DNA from: Lama glama
Lineage: Eukaryota
Direction of reading: 5' to 3'
Length of the DNA: 64,000 nt
NCBI GenBank assembly: GCA_028534125.1
Contig: CM052828.1
Coordinates: forward strand, 7,440,001-7,504,000
Under the pieces are notes generated by a model, which was not told where the DNA came from, ran no database searches, and worked only from the letters and a program-made list of their open reading frames with translations. Below, one piece after another: positions 12,961 to 25,750 of this stretch; position 1 is the stretch's first letter, and each line of letters opens with the position of its first letter. The translations under genes and the position numbers were made by a program.

Positions 12961-12996
<36 letters not shown>
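12947..12996. repeat. (TA)n/(TG)n microsatellite
   Basis: Directly visible. Confidence 0.95.
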
Positions 12997-13292
12997 AAAC
13001 CCTCAGGTGCTGCTGAATTTGTCTTTGTAATCTTCTTAATTCTTTTTCCTCCTGTTCCTCAGAATTTGAACCATTGTTATGATGTTGTTGAAAACACTTT
13101 ACCTTCAAATTTTTATGACATTATTATTCAGAAAGTACCCATAACCAACTTATGATACTATTCTGCTTGTTTTACAATTTTATAGAAATGGTACAAATGA
13201 TACACATTATTCTGCAACTATTAATTTTCATTCAACATTACCTTTGAAATCTATTCATGTTGAAACATTTAGTATTTTCAGTTGTTCTATAG

Positions 13293-13374
13293 CAAGAAGC
13301 AACAGATATTTTTTGTAAAGGGCCAGGTCATAAATATTCTACATGTTGGAAGTCATATAGTCTATAATACAAAC
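13293..13374 (+). mobile_element. MER58A fragment (left half only)
   Basis: ttttttgtaaagggccaggtcataaatatt. Confidence 0.6.
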
Positions 13375-13391
13375 ATTTTAGATTAAAAAAA

Positions 13392-14129
13392 TTTTTTAAC
13401 ATTTTTTATTGAGCTATAGTCATTTTACAATGTTGTGTTAAATTCCAATGTAGAGCACAATTTTTCAGTTATACATGAACATACATATACTCATTGTCAC
13501 ATTTTTTTTTTGCTGTGAGCTGCCACAAGATCTTGTATATATCTCCCTGTGCTATACAGTATAATCTTGTTTATCTATTCTGCATATGCCTGTCAGTATC
13601 TACAAATTATAATCTACCAGTCTATCCCTTCCCACCCACCTCCCCCTTGGCAACACAAGTTTGTATTCTATGTCTATGAGTTTGTTTCTGTTTTGTATTT
13701 ATGTTTTTGTTTTGTTTTGTTTTGTTTTTAGATTCCACATACGAGCGATCTCATATGGTATTTTTCTTTCTCTTTCTGGCTTACTTCACTTAGAATGACA
13801 TTCTCCAGGGACATCCATGTTACTGCAAATGGCATTATGTTGTCATTTTTATGGCTGAATAGTATTCCATTGTATAAATATGCCACCTCTTCTTTATCCA
13901 GTCATCTGTTGACGGACATTTAGGCTGTTTCCATGTCTTGGCTATTGTAAACAGTGCTGCTATGAACATTGGGTGCAGGTGTCTTTTTGAAGCAGGGTTC
14001 CTTCTGGATATATTCCCAGGAGCGGCATTACTGGGTCATATGGTAAGTCTGTTCCTAGTCTTTTGAGGAATTTCCGTACTGTTTTCCACAGTGGTTACTC
14101 CAAACTGCATTCCCACCAGCAGTGTAGGA
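13392..14129 (-). mobile_element. Young lineage-specific LINE-1, 5'-truncated (ORF2 C-terminus plus 3'UTR)
   Basis: Minus strand encodes frameshifted pieces LPYDPVMPLLGIYP / MFIAALFTIAKTWKQPKCPS / MPFAVTWMSLENVILSEVSQ...VCGI*, with the stop at about 13728-13730. Confidence 0.95.
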
Positions 14130-14239
14130 TTGGACTGAAATGAAGAAGGAACTTGGCTCTGGATGTTTCTATTTGTATAAGAAAAGCAGAGGTAGCCTCC
14201 CACTTCAGTTTCACAAGAAATCTGTGTTGGGAACCATTA

Positions 14240-14638
14240 TATTGAATTGTATCCCCTCAAAATATGTCTAGGAGTCCTACCTCCCAGTACCTCAGAATCT
14301 GACTGTATTTTGAGATATGGTCATTACAGAGTTATCAGGTTAAAAAGAGGTCACTAGGGTGGGCTCTAATTCAATATGACTGGAGTTGTTATAAAAGAGG
14401 AACTCTGGGTGCAGATGGGCACACATAGAGGGAAGGCAATGTGAAGAGACAGGCAGAAGAGGACCACCTACAAGCCAAAGAGAGGCCTGGAACAGATTTT
14501 CCCTCCGTTTTCAGAAGAAACCAACCTTGCTGACACCGTCACCTCAGACTTCCAGCCTCTGGAACTGTGAAATTGCATTTCTCTTGTTTAAGCCGCCCAG
14601 TGTGTGGTACTCTGTTACAGCACCCGCAGCAAACTCAT
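14240..14638 (+). mobile_element. MaLR solo LTR (MLT1B-like)
   Basis: cccagtacctcagaat...gaggtcactagggtggg...cttgctgacacc...gacttccagcct...tttaagccgcccagt. Confidence 0.9.
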
Positions 14639-14815
14639 AAAGTACTTTGGTCATGTTTTGTGCCTCTATGATGTCTTATGTTTGTTTTGCATTTTTCTTT
14701 GCCTGAATATTTATTTGCTTTGGAAAAATTCAACACATTTTACTTAAGCCAAGTGATAAGGGAAAAAGAATTGTACAGACATAAATCAGGATAGCCAGGG
14801 GCGTCAGAGGGAAAG

Positions 14816-14838
14816 TGAGAGAGAGAGAGAGAGAGAGA
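14816..14838. repeat. (GA)n microsatellite
   Basis: Directly visible. Confidence 0.9.
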
Positions 14839-14959
14839 CAATGTGATCTTTGTGGCTCTATTTGTTCTAACCTTTTGTGTCTGTTACTGCAATTCCTGTT
14901 TTATTGCTGTTCTGAACTATCTAAATACTATGTTCCAAAAGTATTCCCCACCTTAATTT

Positions 14960-15450
14960 TAGTTAATTGTACTTTCCTCAAAAGCAACTCTAAGAACAAG
15001 GACTTGATGTGTGTAATTTATTTGGGAAGTGGTTAAAGGAAGCACAGGAAAGGAAATGGAAAACTGAGGAGGAAAAGAGAAAGAAATTGAGAAGGAAGAT
15101 GAGCCATTAAAAGTTGTCTTACTTAGTGTATTACTGCTGTGGGCGCCTGGGGCGCAATCCCATTAGGGAACTCTGAGGGATGGGGTGGAACACGCCTCAG
15201 AGTTGTCCCTCTGACGGGCTGGGAAGCTTGGGTATTTATCCACCTAGTCCTGCCTCTTGTTGTTTGAAAGTTGCCCCTGGGGAAATTAAATGTATAGAAC
15301 TCTGCAACTACTTTGGTCTTGATTTGTGTTCAAACTCCTATAGAGCTGGGAAAGGCCACCAGCAGAGAAATAGAAGGATGTGGGCACTTGAGAGAGCAGT
15401 CAGTCATCAGCATGTGAGATATTTTCTAACCCAACAAGATGAACTCAGAA
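14960..15450 (-). mobile_element. ERVL LTR (LTR33-like)
   Basis: aatttatttgggaagtgg...ctgctgtgggcgcctggggcgcaatccc...gggtatttatccacc. Confidence 0.7.
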
Positions 15451-15721
15451 GTGGGTCAATAGGATGTGAAGAGGAGCGTCAAATCAATAGCCTCTTCTGC
15501 TCCACCCTGGGAAAGCTGGATTGATGAGTGGTTATGGCAGTAATGTGACAATGGCTGCAGACACATGAGATCTTCAGAGGCAGTTTGGGTGCACATGGCT
15601 TCAAGGGATTCTTGCTCACAATTGAAAATAAGAAAACAAAACCAAAACACAGCAATAACAATAGGTGTTTTAGAGTGAAGTCTAGTCTACATGTAAAACT
15701 TAATATCAAAAGGAAGAAATA

Positions 15722-15840
15722 GGGTGTAGGTCTAGCTCAGTGGTCTAGCTCTGCATGAGGTCATGGGTTCAATCCCCAGTACCTCCATTAAAATAAATAA
15801 ATTAACCTAATTACCTCCCCCCAACAAACAAACAAACAAT
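15722..15840 (+). mobile_element. tRNA-derived SINE, camelid Vic-1-like, with TSD
   Basis: tagctcagtgg / gggttcaatccccagtacctcca / aacctaattacctcc / (AAAC)n; TSD aaaaggaagaaata (15708-15721) versus aaaaggaacaaata (15841-15854). Confidence 0.9.
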
Positions 15841-15964
15841 AAAAGGAACAAATAATATCTCTGAAACTAAAAGATGAAAGAAACTATATTCCTAGGGCAC
15901 GATTAAACTCATAAACTAAATTCTTATTTCCAAGTGATTAAAGTATATGAAAGGTATATGCAGT

Positions 15965-16780
15965 GATTCATTTCATACATTTCAGTAACGAGTAATGGCG
16001 AAGGCCTAGGCTGGGTTTTTGGAAAAGAAAGTTGAATAAAACTATGTATACTCAAGAAACTCACAATCTGTGGGCCAGGGTGGAGCTACTCACACAAGTA
16101 CCCATGCTACCTGTGCTGCATGTTGGGTGTGGACAGAGGGCTCAGGCAGGAGAGGGGGATTCTTTTATCCTGGATGTTGAGGCATTAAAGAGAGCAGAGG
16201 AAGGCTTTTCCCTGGCCTGAGTTTAGCCCTAAATGGTGATTAGCGGTTTCCATGCTGGACAACAAGGGGGTGGAGTGGTGAACAGGAGCCAGATAAGCAA
16301 ATGAAAACAAGCATAAAGGGACATGGTAGTTAAAAGTGGCTACAATTTCGGAATTTGGAGTTTACCCCTAGGCAATGGAGAACTAAGAGGTTTTTGACAA
16401 GGAGAGGGATATTTTAGATTTGTAATATTGGAAAACCTACTCTGGCAGCAGTGGAACTTGAATTTGAAAGAGGAGATGCAAATAGGGATACTATTCATGT
16501 GATGCTGCACAGACGTAGGCGTGATAAGGTCCTGAGCTCCAGCACTGATCAGTAAGCATCACTGAGGCTGAGGAGGAAAGGGTGCAGTTGATGACGCTCA
16601 GTGACTGTAAGTCCTTAGAGCTGAAGGAGGGAGACAGAGAAGACTTCCCCCAGATTTCTGTTTAGGTACTTGGGAGAGCCAACTGCTGAAGCAGAGAAGG
16701 AGGCTTGCTAGGTTATAGGTGGTGATGATGAGTTCAGGTTTGGGCATATTGAGTTGAATGTGCAGACATACAACCCATTA
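15965..16780 (-). mobile_element. L2 LINE fragments
   Basis: taggcaatggagaacta...ctactctggcagcagtgg...gatgagttcaggtttgggcatattgagtt. Confidence 0.75.
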
Positions 16781-16917
16781 CTAAGTGTGAAGGCCTTTCA
16801 CCTGTAATCAACAGAAGCAAAAAAGAAAGTAATTTATATGATGAATTTAAAGAAAACGATCAATAGCTTTAGTGCTTTAGAGGGAAGTCCTATGACTATT
16901 AGAACAGGTAAAATATC

Positions 16918-17001
16918 TACTGGGTTAAACCCTATGACATTACTAATATTTCACTATTTTTGATCTACATAAAATGGCAGTTTCATATGGTCCATCAAAT
17001 A
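16918..17001. mobile_element. MADE2 mariner-derived MITE
   Basis: About 84 bp, TA-flanked, with degenerate inverted arms ggttaaaccctatgacattac ... ggcagtttcatatggtccatc. Confidence 0.75.
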
Positions 17002-19649
17002 GTTTGCTAACTTTGGAAAACAACTTTACAAGGGGTCTTCCTTAGATTTTATTAGGGAAAAAAAGATTAAGTGTTGAAAATATGTTCCAGGAGAAATAGA
17101 ATTGATAACAGAAAATTCACCAAGCCAAAATATTTCCCTTTTATTCCTTAACTTTCGGGACTCATGGGACATGTTAATGACGCCCAGGTAGGCCAGTGGA
17201 GAGCTCTGACCTGGGAGGTGCGTGGTAGTGACAGGGGGTCTTATTAGGGCTCTGCCCTCAAGAACTCTGCTGGAGAAGCTGGATGGTACCCTCCTTATCT
17301 CTCTCCAGTCCCCACACCAGTATTCAGCAGCATTTCCCACACAGAGCAGCATCTCTTGGAGCTTTAAAGAAAAATCTAAGGACTGCTGAAAATATCATCT
17401 ACCTTTCATGTAAGTTAAACTGAAGAATTCTTCTTTGTTAGCCAAAGGGAGGGGTGAGACATTTTTGGACTTTTCAAATAGAAGGAAAAAATACATGGAG
17501 AAATGGTATTTTCCTTGGTGACTGATGCCAAGAACATGTTGTTTTGATAAGTTCAATTCTACCATCATTATATTACAGTCAAAATAGAGTTTTTGACTGA
17601 ATTATACATTTCTCTTCTAAGCTCCTCCTGCTCTCTGGAACAGAGATACTTCCAGTTCAAAATTATTTCTGCCTTTCAGATTTATACTGACATTAATGTA
17701 AACCAATTGAAGAAAAATGAAAATATATTCATGCAGCTGTTTCTGCATATCACCTTTAATCTTCCATGTACTTTAAAATATGTACTTCTGAGAGAGGAAG
17801 AGATCTATTTTTGCTTTATGTGAGTATAAAAGTAATTTTGTTGCCATGACAATATATTATTTTCATCCTGTATTTTCCAAACACAGCCTTTGCTTCAGGT
17901 TTTAGGTAAACAGTCGCTCTCTGTCCTCCATTTACAGTACCATGCTCCACTGACCACTTCAGGTCAAGCGCAAGCTAGTCTTCAAGATCAAGTACCACAT
18001 TTGACAGAGACTTTTATTTTTTGGTGCTTGTATCAAAATGAGTCTTCTGACAGAGTCAGGGAGAGGGCATTTCAAATCCCTGAGACCCTTGATTTGGCAA
18101 GTGCTAAAGTTTAGTGTTCCAATTTCCATGTCTTTTTTTTTTTGCAGAAGAATTACTGCCTATTTTAACCCTATGCAATCCAACCTGGTTAGCATTCACC
18201 TAACATTACATTTATCAGGCTGCCAGTCTACAGTGGCTGTTTTTCTATTAATTCTGCTTGTAAAATGTTAGGAGCTAGCAACTTCTTGGTTGTTTTGCAA
18301 ACAAATAAAAATCAGAGGCCTAATTATTTTCAATTTAAGGAAGGTGTAGTAGAAGAAATAAAGTAAACAGAACCTGGAGAATCAATCCTAAGGCTCAAAG
18401 AAATTAAATAAATCAGCAATTAAAGAAAATTGCCTTAAAGACAGGGCAGACTAGGGAAGATGGAGAAAGAGAGGTGAGCTCAGAGAACCATTTTTAGCCT
18501 AAGTTCTGAGGATATATTGTCTGAATGGTGGTGGTGGGAAGTGGGAGGGGGGACTTAAAGGGGGAAATAGAAGAGGAATATGTGAGGAGGAAAGGCAGCA
18601 GCAAACATAGGAAGTTGTGCAATAGGTGAGCAATCTTAGCTCTAATATTGGTTAAAACACCAAACCAGTAGGATTGGTCACAGTGTAAAATCCCCAAAGA
18701 CAAGGGTCACTTATAAGTTCATCCACATAGTCTACTTTTGGATGGGACAAAAGGCTTGACTACACCAGAATAGATCATTTATATGTAAGTTATATGTTTG
18801 TTGAACAGCTACCTGGGGAAGGCATCAGGTTAGCCTTGGAGAAGGTAAACTGAAGTAGAGTGATATAAAGACTGAATACACTGAAAGAGGCAATTTTACG
18901 TAAACACAAAAAAAGATGGCTAATGATCCGAGCTGTAGAGATAGATCAGGTTCATTGCAGTTTGTAGGCAGTGGAGATTCCTTTCACTGTGGGGGATCGC
19001 AGACCAAGATTGGACCTAGGTTTTGAAGAACAGGCTGAATTTAGAGAGATACAAAGAGGAAGAGGGAGAGAATTTTTCTTCTCCTCTGGGTGCCAACCGA
19101 TGGAGCATGCACATAAAGCACGTTGTTGATGGAGTAGGAAATTGGGTTGGACACCATGTCTCAGAGTCAAGGCTGAAATAAGCTTCATACCCTCTACTCT
19201 GAATTTCAACCTTCATACCCACAGAAATCCCACTGAGTCTGAAGTACAGACTCAAAAACCTCATACCCAACCAGGTGGATGAATGAGGACCTCCAAATTG
19301 CTGTAAACATCCATTTGGAGGCAGGAAATAAAGTGGAGCAGTTACCTGAAGTGAAGATGCAGCTCATGTTTGATGGAGTGCGGAGAGTGAAAAAGGAAGT
19401 GTGGCATCTCCTCTGTCTTCTGGCACCGCAAGCATGACCACCAAAAAAAATGGTTCAACGAATGCCAATTTCTAACAAAATTTACCACTGCCTTTTCCTT
19501 TGTGAGGAATATAGGCATCAGAGATGCTGTGTTTTATCTTCAATAATCTCCTAGGTGGAAAGCAGGGATTTTGGCTATTATTATTAATAGGTGGAAGTAG
19601 AAACAAGAGAAAAAGAGAGCAGATATTCCCTCCCTCCCCTCAGGCAGGC

Positions 19650-19870
19650 CTGCCAAAAGCTAAACACTATTGTAGGTTCTTTCCATGTACCACATAACTG
19701 AATCTTCACACTAACCCAGTGATGTAGGTATAGCTGGCTCCATTATACAGATAGATAAATTGAGATTTAGGGGTTAAGATAAAGGAAATTGCCCAAGATC
19801 AAATAACAAATAAGTGAGCAGACCCAAGATTTGAATCCATATTTGTAACTCCAAAGCCCATATTCTAGGC
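19650..19870 (-). mobile_element. MIR SINE
   Basis: ccattatacagatagataaattgag...ttgcccaagatc...gatttgaatcc...actccaaagccc. Confidence 0.8.
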
Positions 19871-20167
19871 GCACATACAGATTACAGCAATCCAGCTGAA
19901 GCTGGGCAACGTGTAGGGAACAGTGGGAGGCTAATCTGCAAAGGGTCCTAGCAAGGCTAAGAACTTAAATTTGCTTTCAGGCAATCCAGAGCTTCTGAAA
20001 CATTTCCTTTGAGCAAGAAAATGATGCAACATTGCATGCTTTAACTGACTTGGGTTAAAACTCAGCTCACAATGTATATAATAACATGAAAATAAGCCAT
20101 CTGGCATTTAAAGTCTGTTAAAAATAATTTTTAATAAATGGATTCAGACATAATGAATGGTTCATCA

Positions 20168-20680
20168 TTGTATGTTTTGTTACTGCTGACAACAAAGCAT
20201 CCCAAAATTCAGTTGCTTAAAACAACAGCCATTTCTTACTGCTTCAGCATCTGCAGGTTGGCAGGTGGTTTTGCTTCAGACCGAGGTCGCTGGAAAGCTC
20301 TGCTTCTTACTGTCTATCTGTGGCCTGGGTTGGGGTGGCTCTGCTCCATGTGTCTCATCTGTGGCCTGGGATGGAGTGGCTCTGCTCCATGTGTCTCATC
20401 CTTCTTGAACTCTTGGTTTAGACAAGAAATGTTCTTATTGTGATGGATATGGTTTCAAGACAGCAAGCAGAAACCCACAGGCCTCTTAAGGTCCAGGATC
20501 AGATCTGGCTCAACACTCACTTACAGTTCAGTGTATTGAACAAAGCCTGTCACTCAGCTAAACTCAAAGCCAAGGGGCAGGAAAATATATCCCACCCTTT
20601 TCTTGGGAGGAACTTAAAGGTCACATGGCAAAGGGTGTATGAGGAGGGGTGAAGAACTGGGCTACTAATGAACTCACCCC
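20168..20680 (-). mobile_element. MaLR solo LTR (MLT1H/G-like) with an internal 41-bp tandem duplication
   Basis: cccaaaattcagttgcttaaaacaac...ctctgctccatgtgtctc...aaggtcacatggcaaagggtg. Confidence 0.8.
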
Positions 20681-23600
20681 CGTCATCATCAGTATGAATC
20701 ACACTGTATAAGTGCTGAGTAGGTTCTGAATTTATAGCTTCTATTTGAAAGATTGTTACTTTCAGTTAAGCCCAATGTTAGCAGTAGAAGTAGAACAGAA
20801 AAATCTAATTCTCTGCACCTTGGCCTTGGTTTCATTTTCTCATCTTTGGAAAAACAGGTTTGAACTAGGCTACCTCTATGGTGTCTTCTAACTTCATGAT
20901 TCTAGGGTTTCTTTTATTCTTCCTCATCCTGTTGCTTTAAGTTATAAACAAATACAAGCGTAGTCAAATGGAATTTCTTCTCTAATGTATATTCGATAAC
21001 AAATTAATGGAGAAATACTTAGGAAAACTTTCAATACTTAAGTTCCAAGAATTCCAAAGATATGCTAAAATTTCATTTTGATTAGAAAAATTGAGCTGTG
21101 CTCGTCACAGAATAATCACAGCTAAGACTTTTGAGTCACCTGTGTCTAATACATATTTAATATCCTCTTTATATAAAGGAAAACATGGGTGGCATATCAT
21201 TATTATAGAGCCCAACAGTTCAAAAGTTCTCTTTTAACAAACGTGGTTAGACCTTTTGAGCATTACTTGAAACAGAACACTGAGAAAATACATTTTGGGC
21301 AGCCTCAATGTGTCTTTTTACATCTCTGTACTCCTTCCTTCTCCCAAGCCCTCTCCTTTACAGCAAGGACTGTCTCTCCTGGGGATCTTTCTGACGTGAG
21401 GGGATACAGAAGCAATGGGATGGAAGCCAAGGGCAGGAGCTGTGAGAGGAGTGATTGGCGGCGTGCCATTGCTTCATGAGGCTGCAGTGACAGGGAGGGC
21501 AGAAAACAATTGTCTACCACCCGCCCCGCTTCCTGTTCCAGGTGCAGTTCCTTCAGTGCTGCTCTCCTGTTTTCTTCCATTTTCTCTTAATTTTTACTTA
21601 CTTGGTTGGTAATAATGGCATTTCATTTAGACTTTCATGAATGGATATTTTGCTCACATATCACCTTGAATATGACCTAAGTCCCTTAGCTTTCTGTGGT
21701 TACTGTATTCTTTAGGACTGAACTCAAACTGGTTTATGCCCATAACGTATGTTGGGGAACCAGTATCATTTCCATGAACAACAGGGATTCACAGGGTCTT
21801 AATTTCCTCCCTGGCTCTGAGTCCCCACTGCTGCTGAATCCTCCGTGAGCCCCTCGCCTCTAGGACGTGCTTTCCTTTCCACACCATGCTGACCTGCTGG
21901 GCACTCCCCTCCCTCTATCCTTCTCTCCTCCTCCAGAGTTCCACAGGCACAAGGCTGGGGGTTAAGCAAACTTTGCAAAAACGCTGGGAAGGTAGAGAGG
22001 CATGATTTCGCATGCAATGCTGAAAATAACGTAACAGTGAGAAATAGAAAGCCCCATGATGGAAAGTCCTTCAACCGTGCTCTGTGACCAGGTCTTTCTC
22101 ACGGAGAATCTTTCCACCTCTTCCTCTGGTTATCTCATTAAATTAAGCTCCTCTCTGCCCTGAACCTTGGCTACCTCTCAGAAGACAATGAAAGGCTCCC
22201 AGGCTATTACACAGAACAATTGCCTGTAGTCCCTACCCTAGACCAAATTCCAAGTGACTTGAGGTACACACAAACCATAAAGTACTTTACTAAATCAGAG
22301 GTTTCTCTTCTAGGACTTATTTCAGCAGCACAAAGCCTTGATAAGGCAGTGTTTTCTTAATCTTGTTCAGCTCAGTTGCTTTGGTAGGACTGTCTTCTTT
22401 GAATATCAATGTTTCCAGTGCCACCAGCAGCCCCTCATCACCCCCACATCAACATTCACAGCAGGAGTGGCTAGAGTCGTTTTGTTTTCGTTGTTGTTTT
22501 GAAAAACATTTTTATTTCTGATACAGATAAATATGACATCTCAGATACAGAAAAACTGGTGAAAAGCATTGCAGGTAGATAGCATACGTTCCTGTAGTCC
22601 AAACATGGAGGCAAGGATGCTGTGATAATGGAGAAGCAATCCAATTTGTGCTTATGAGCCCATGGCCTATAAGTGATCAGGGAAATAAGAGTCTGGAAAT
22701 GTTCACTGGATCAGGACAAGGAGAGCCCTGGATGATAGACATTTGGACTTTTCTTCGTGAGTGATCCCCATCACTCATAATACCAATGATCACTCAAACC
22801 AATGATAGTTTTTCACTAGAAGCATTTTCATCTTTACAATTTTACTTTAAGGAACTATGTCATGAGTAGGTTGCAGTCGGCTGCAGTGACCAAGAAGAGA
22901 TACAGAGACAGAAAAAGCATCTATAAAGGACTCGGAGCCTGTTCAGTTTACTGTTTCCTTGAATTGAGGAATATCCTATGGGTTGAAAACATCATTGTCA
23001 TTATTTTTGGTGGTAAGTCTCAAAAAAAAACCCTAAGAAATTTAAGAATTAGAAAGGTCTTTTCCATTCATATGTGGCAATCAAAATACTTCGGTATTTT
23101 CTACACGGTATTAAATTTGACTTCAACAGAACTAAGGGGCATATTTTCATGGGTTTGTATAGCAGTTATAGAGTGGCTGTCAGAGCTCCTCAAGGAAGCC
23201 ACAGCTAATCCAAAGAACAGAACTGAGTTTCCATTAGTACCATCTCCTCTAATAAATGTTACAACCCTGAGTGTTGTGAATGGTAAAATTGTCTTCCAGA
23301 GGAATGGGGTTTGCTCAATTCAGTGTCACCTGCTCCAGCCAGAAACCAGCCTCCAAATCCATTGTGCATGTGTGGTCTGGCATTTGGGGAGGAGGGAAAA
23401 GGCATGGGATTATAGAAAGTGTTCACTTTTCTGTATTGCTTTCACCTTTTCATATACATACGTCAATTCTATGGGAAATACAATATCAAAATAAATAAGC
23501 AAAACATGTCATCCCAGGGCACAACGTTATTACTACTGCTTAATGGTGTCTCAACTGGGGCATCTAAAATTGAGAAACTAAAGTTGTCTAACAGCTGTTT

Positions 23601-23939
23601 CAGACTTTTCAGACCTCTGCTTCAGTTCTGTTGAACTATGTGGGAGTGGAGTGCAGGTGGGTAGGAACTAAGGGAAGTTATATTTAATACAGCATCTGGA
23701 GCTTCAGTCTATATTCTTTGGTCTGTTTCATCTCTCTCAAGAGATCATCTGCTAAGATAAATCAACTTTAGTAATTTAATACAATTAGGATGGTCAGAGT
23801 GAGAGCTGCCTAGTAACAAATTCTCCTTTGGCATCAGAGAATGTTGGATCTACACATTGGGTTCTAGATCCACACAGTGAACCCTAGAAAAGAGGAAAGA
23901 GAGAGAGGCGTAGTTACTAGGTATGAAGGAAAGTATATT

Positions 23940-24140
23940 CACTATGTACCTATTTTTATCCAATTCCCTTGATAGGGTTCTACTTATGTTAACAAATTAA
24001 TACCTGCCAATATCCATTGTATACATGAAGAACCAAGTTCAGAGAGGTTGGGTAATTTACCAAAAGTCACACAGCAAGTGATGGAGTCACTTCTCAGAAT
24101 CCATTTTGTTTCTAAAGTCTTACTTTCCCCCCATACCATA
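23940..24140 (-). mobile_element. MIR SINE
   Basis: gttcagagaggttgggtaatttaccaaaagtcacacagc. Confidence 0.7.
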
Positions 24141-25399
24141 TGTTCCTCCTTTGTTAAGGTATAATCCATTGTGATTTATCTGAAGTAGCTGAGTGTGTAG
24201 AGCCTGGAAAAGGCAGAACCAAGATGGTGGGCACTAAACCCAGAAGCTCTCTTTCCTGCCAAAGCTCTCAATGTGGCAAAATCATTCCTAGAGGCTGGAC
24301 TTTAGGACGATAAAGCAAGTCAACAAGTGGGGTTTATTTGTTTATTTTTAATGAATTGGTGCAGTTGCTCAGACTAAGCAGCAAGTAAACATCCTGCCAG
24401 AGAGAGATGCAGTTAGGCAGACATACTGAAAACAAGCTCTCACTTCCACAAAAATTGTTTGATGTTGGCAGCCCAGGGAGGAAGCTCTTTTCCTGTCCAG
24501 TTCTGATTCTGATTGCTGGGCAATTCTTGGCCCACCTCTCTCAATTTGAATGCTCATGGCTCTCTGAATTCAGAAGTAATCAGTCTCCTGCACTTAAAGT
24601 GAGAACTACTTGAAAAATTTCATATGAATTAATATAAATGAACACGTTCTTTCAGCAAAACTGGAGTGCTGAGTTGGTCACTTGCAACCGAAAGACAAAC
24701 AAATCAGTGCGGTGGCCAGAGCAGCCACCCAGACCTAATGTTCACGAAAGCGCGCTTTCCTCCCAACTCCGGCTCACAGCCCTCACTCCACGTCTCCTGG
24801 ATGGCTGACTCAGCCTCAGTTCCACAATGGCCTGGTCCCCATTGCCAGTGCAGAAATTTGCACCAATCATTGTACTTCGAGAGGATGGAGATGAAAGAGC
24901 TTTTCCCCTAAATTACTTGGAAAATTGCCTCAATTTCCTTTTTCATTTTTGCTAGAGTAGGCCTGGCCTTTAGCTGAGAGGGTCTAACCCATCTGGGCCA
25001 TTACTGAGTGACTTCTGCAGGGCCATTTCCAAAATGCCTTTGTGTAGTCATTGCTGCCTAGTTCAGCTGCTGGAATATTACGGCTCTAAACTTTCTTAGT
25101 TTCTTCTCATTGAAAAGCCCAAAGCTACTTGTCAAATTTCAAAAGGATTCAATATATGTGCAAGATGGAAAATGTAGGGGCATGATGAAAAAATTAGCTG
25201 CCCCATATTTAGAAACTTGAATATGCTCAATTCAGCTGTGTTTTTCATGTTATGTTTTCTTTGATGAGGGTCCTTGATCTCCTTAAACAAAAGGGTCCTC
25301 TGTAGGACTAAGCTTTCAGGTAAGGTCCCGTTGAAGCTATTGAAATTGATTCAGTTGTGACATATGCAAATTTCTAAAGCTCTGACACAGACTGTAATG

Positions 25400-25750
25400 T
25401 ATATTGAGTGCCTACTATGTGCTACATACTCTACTTATTTCAGTGAATTTCAAAGAATCCCATGATGAGCCATTTTCCTCATCTTTTTGTAGATGCCGAA
25501 CTGTAGACCATATTTCTACTGGCACAGAGATGGTGCCCAGTTTATTCACAGCTGCAGTCCCAAGGGGAAAACAGAGATCTTGCTTACGATAGGTATTTAA
25601 TTAATATTTGGTGAATTAACTCTAACCCTCAGGGGATGTCTGTTAACTGTTGATCTGAACTATTTGAGGAAACTGAGGATCAGAAAAGTTAAGCGACACA
25701 CCCACACTCAGCATTGCTACGTGGTGGGTCAGAATTCAAACCAACCTTGG
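25400..25750 (-). mobile_element. MIR fragments with an intervening L2-like tail
   Basis: tattgagtgcctactatgtgc; gaggaaactgaggatcagaaaagttaag. Confidence 0.6.

Noticed and set aside
12503-15450. Two same-orientation LTR33-like LTRs as the ends of one provirus
   Set aside because: The interval holds L1, MER58A and MLT1 with no gag/pol-like sequence, and the two LTRs are very divergent from each other
22862-23494. Longest ORF in the track (210 aa)
   Set aside because: No recognisable domain, composition typical of translated AT-rich non-coding DNA, and no supporting exon structure; one such ORF per 64 kb is plausible by chance
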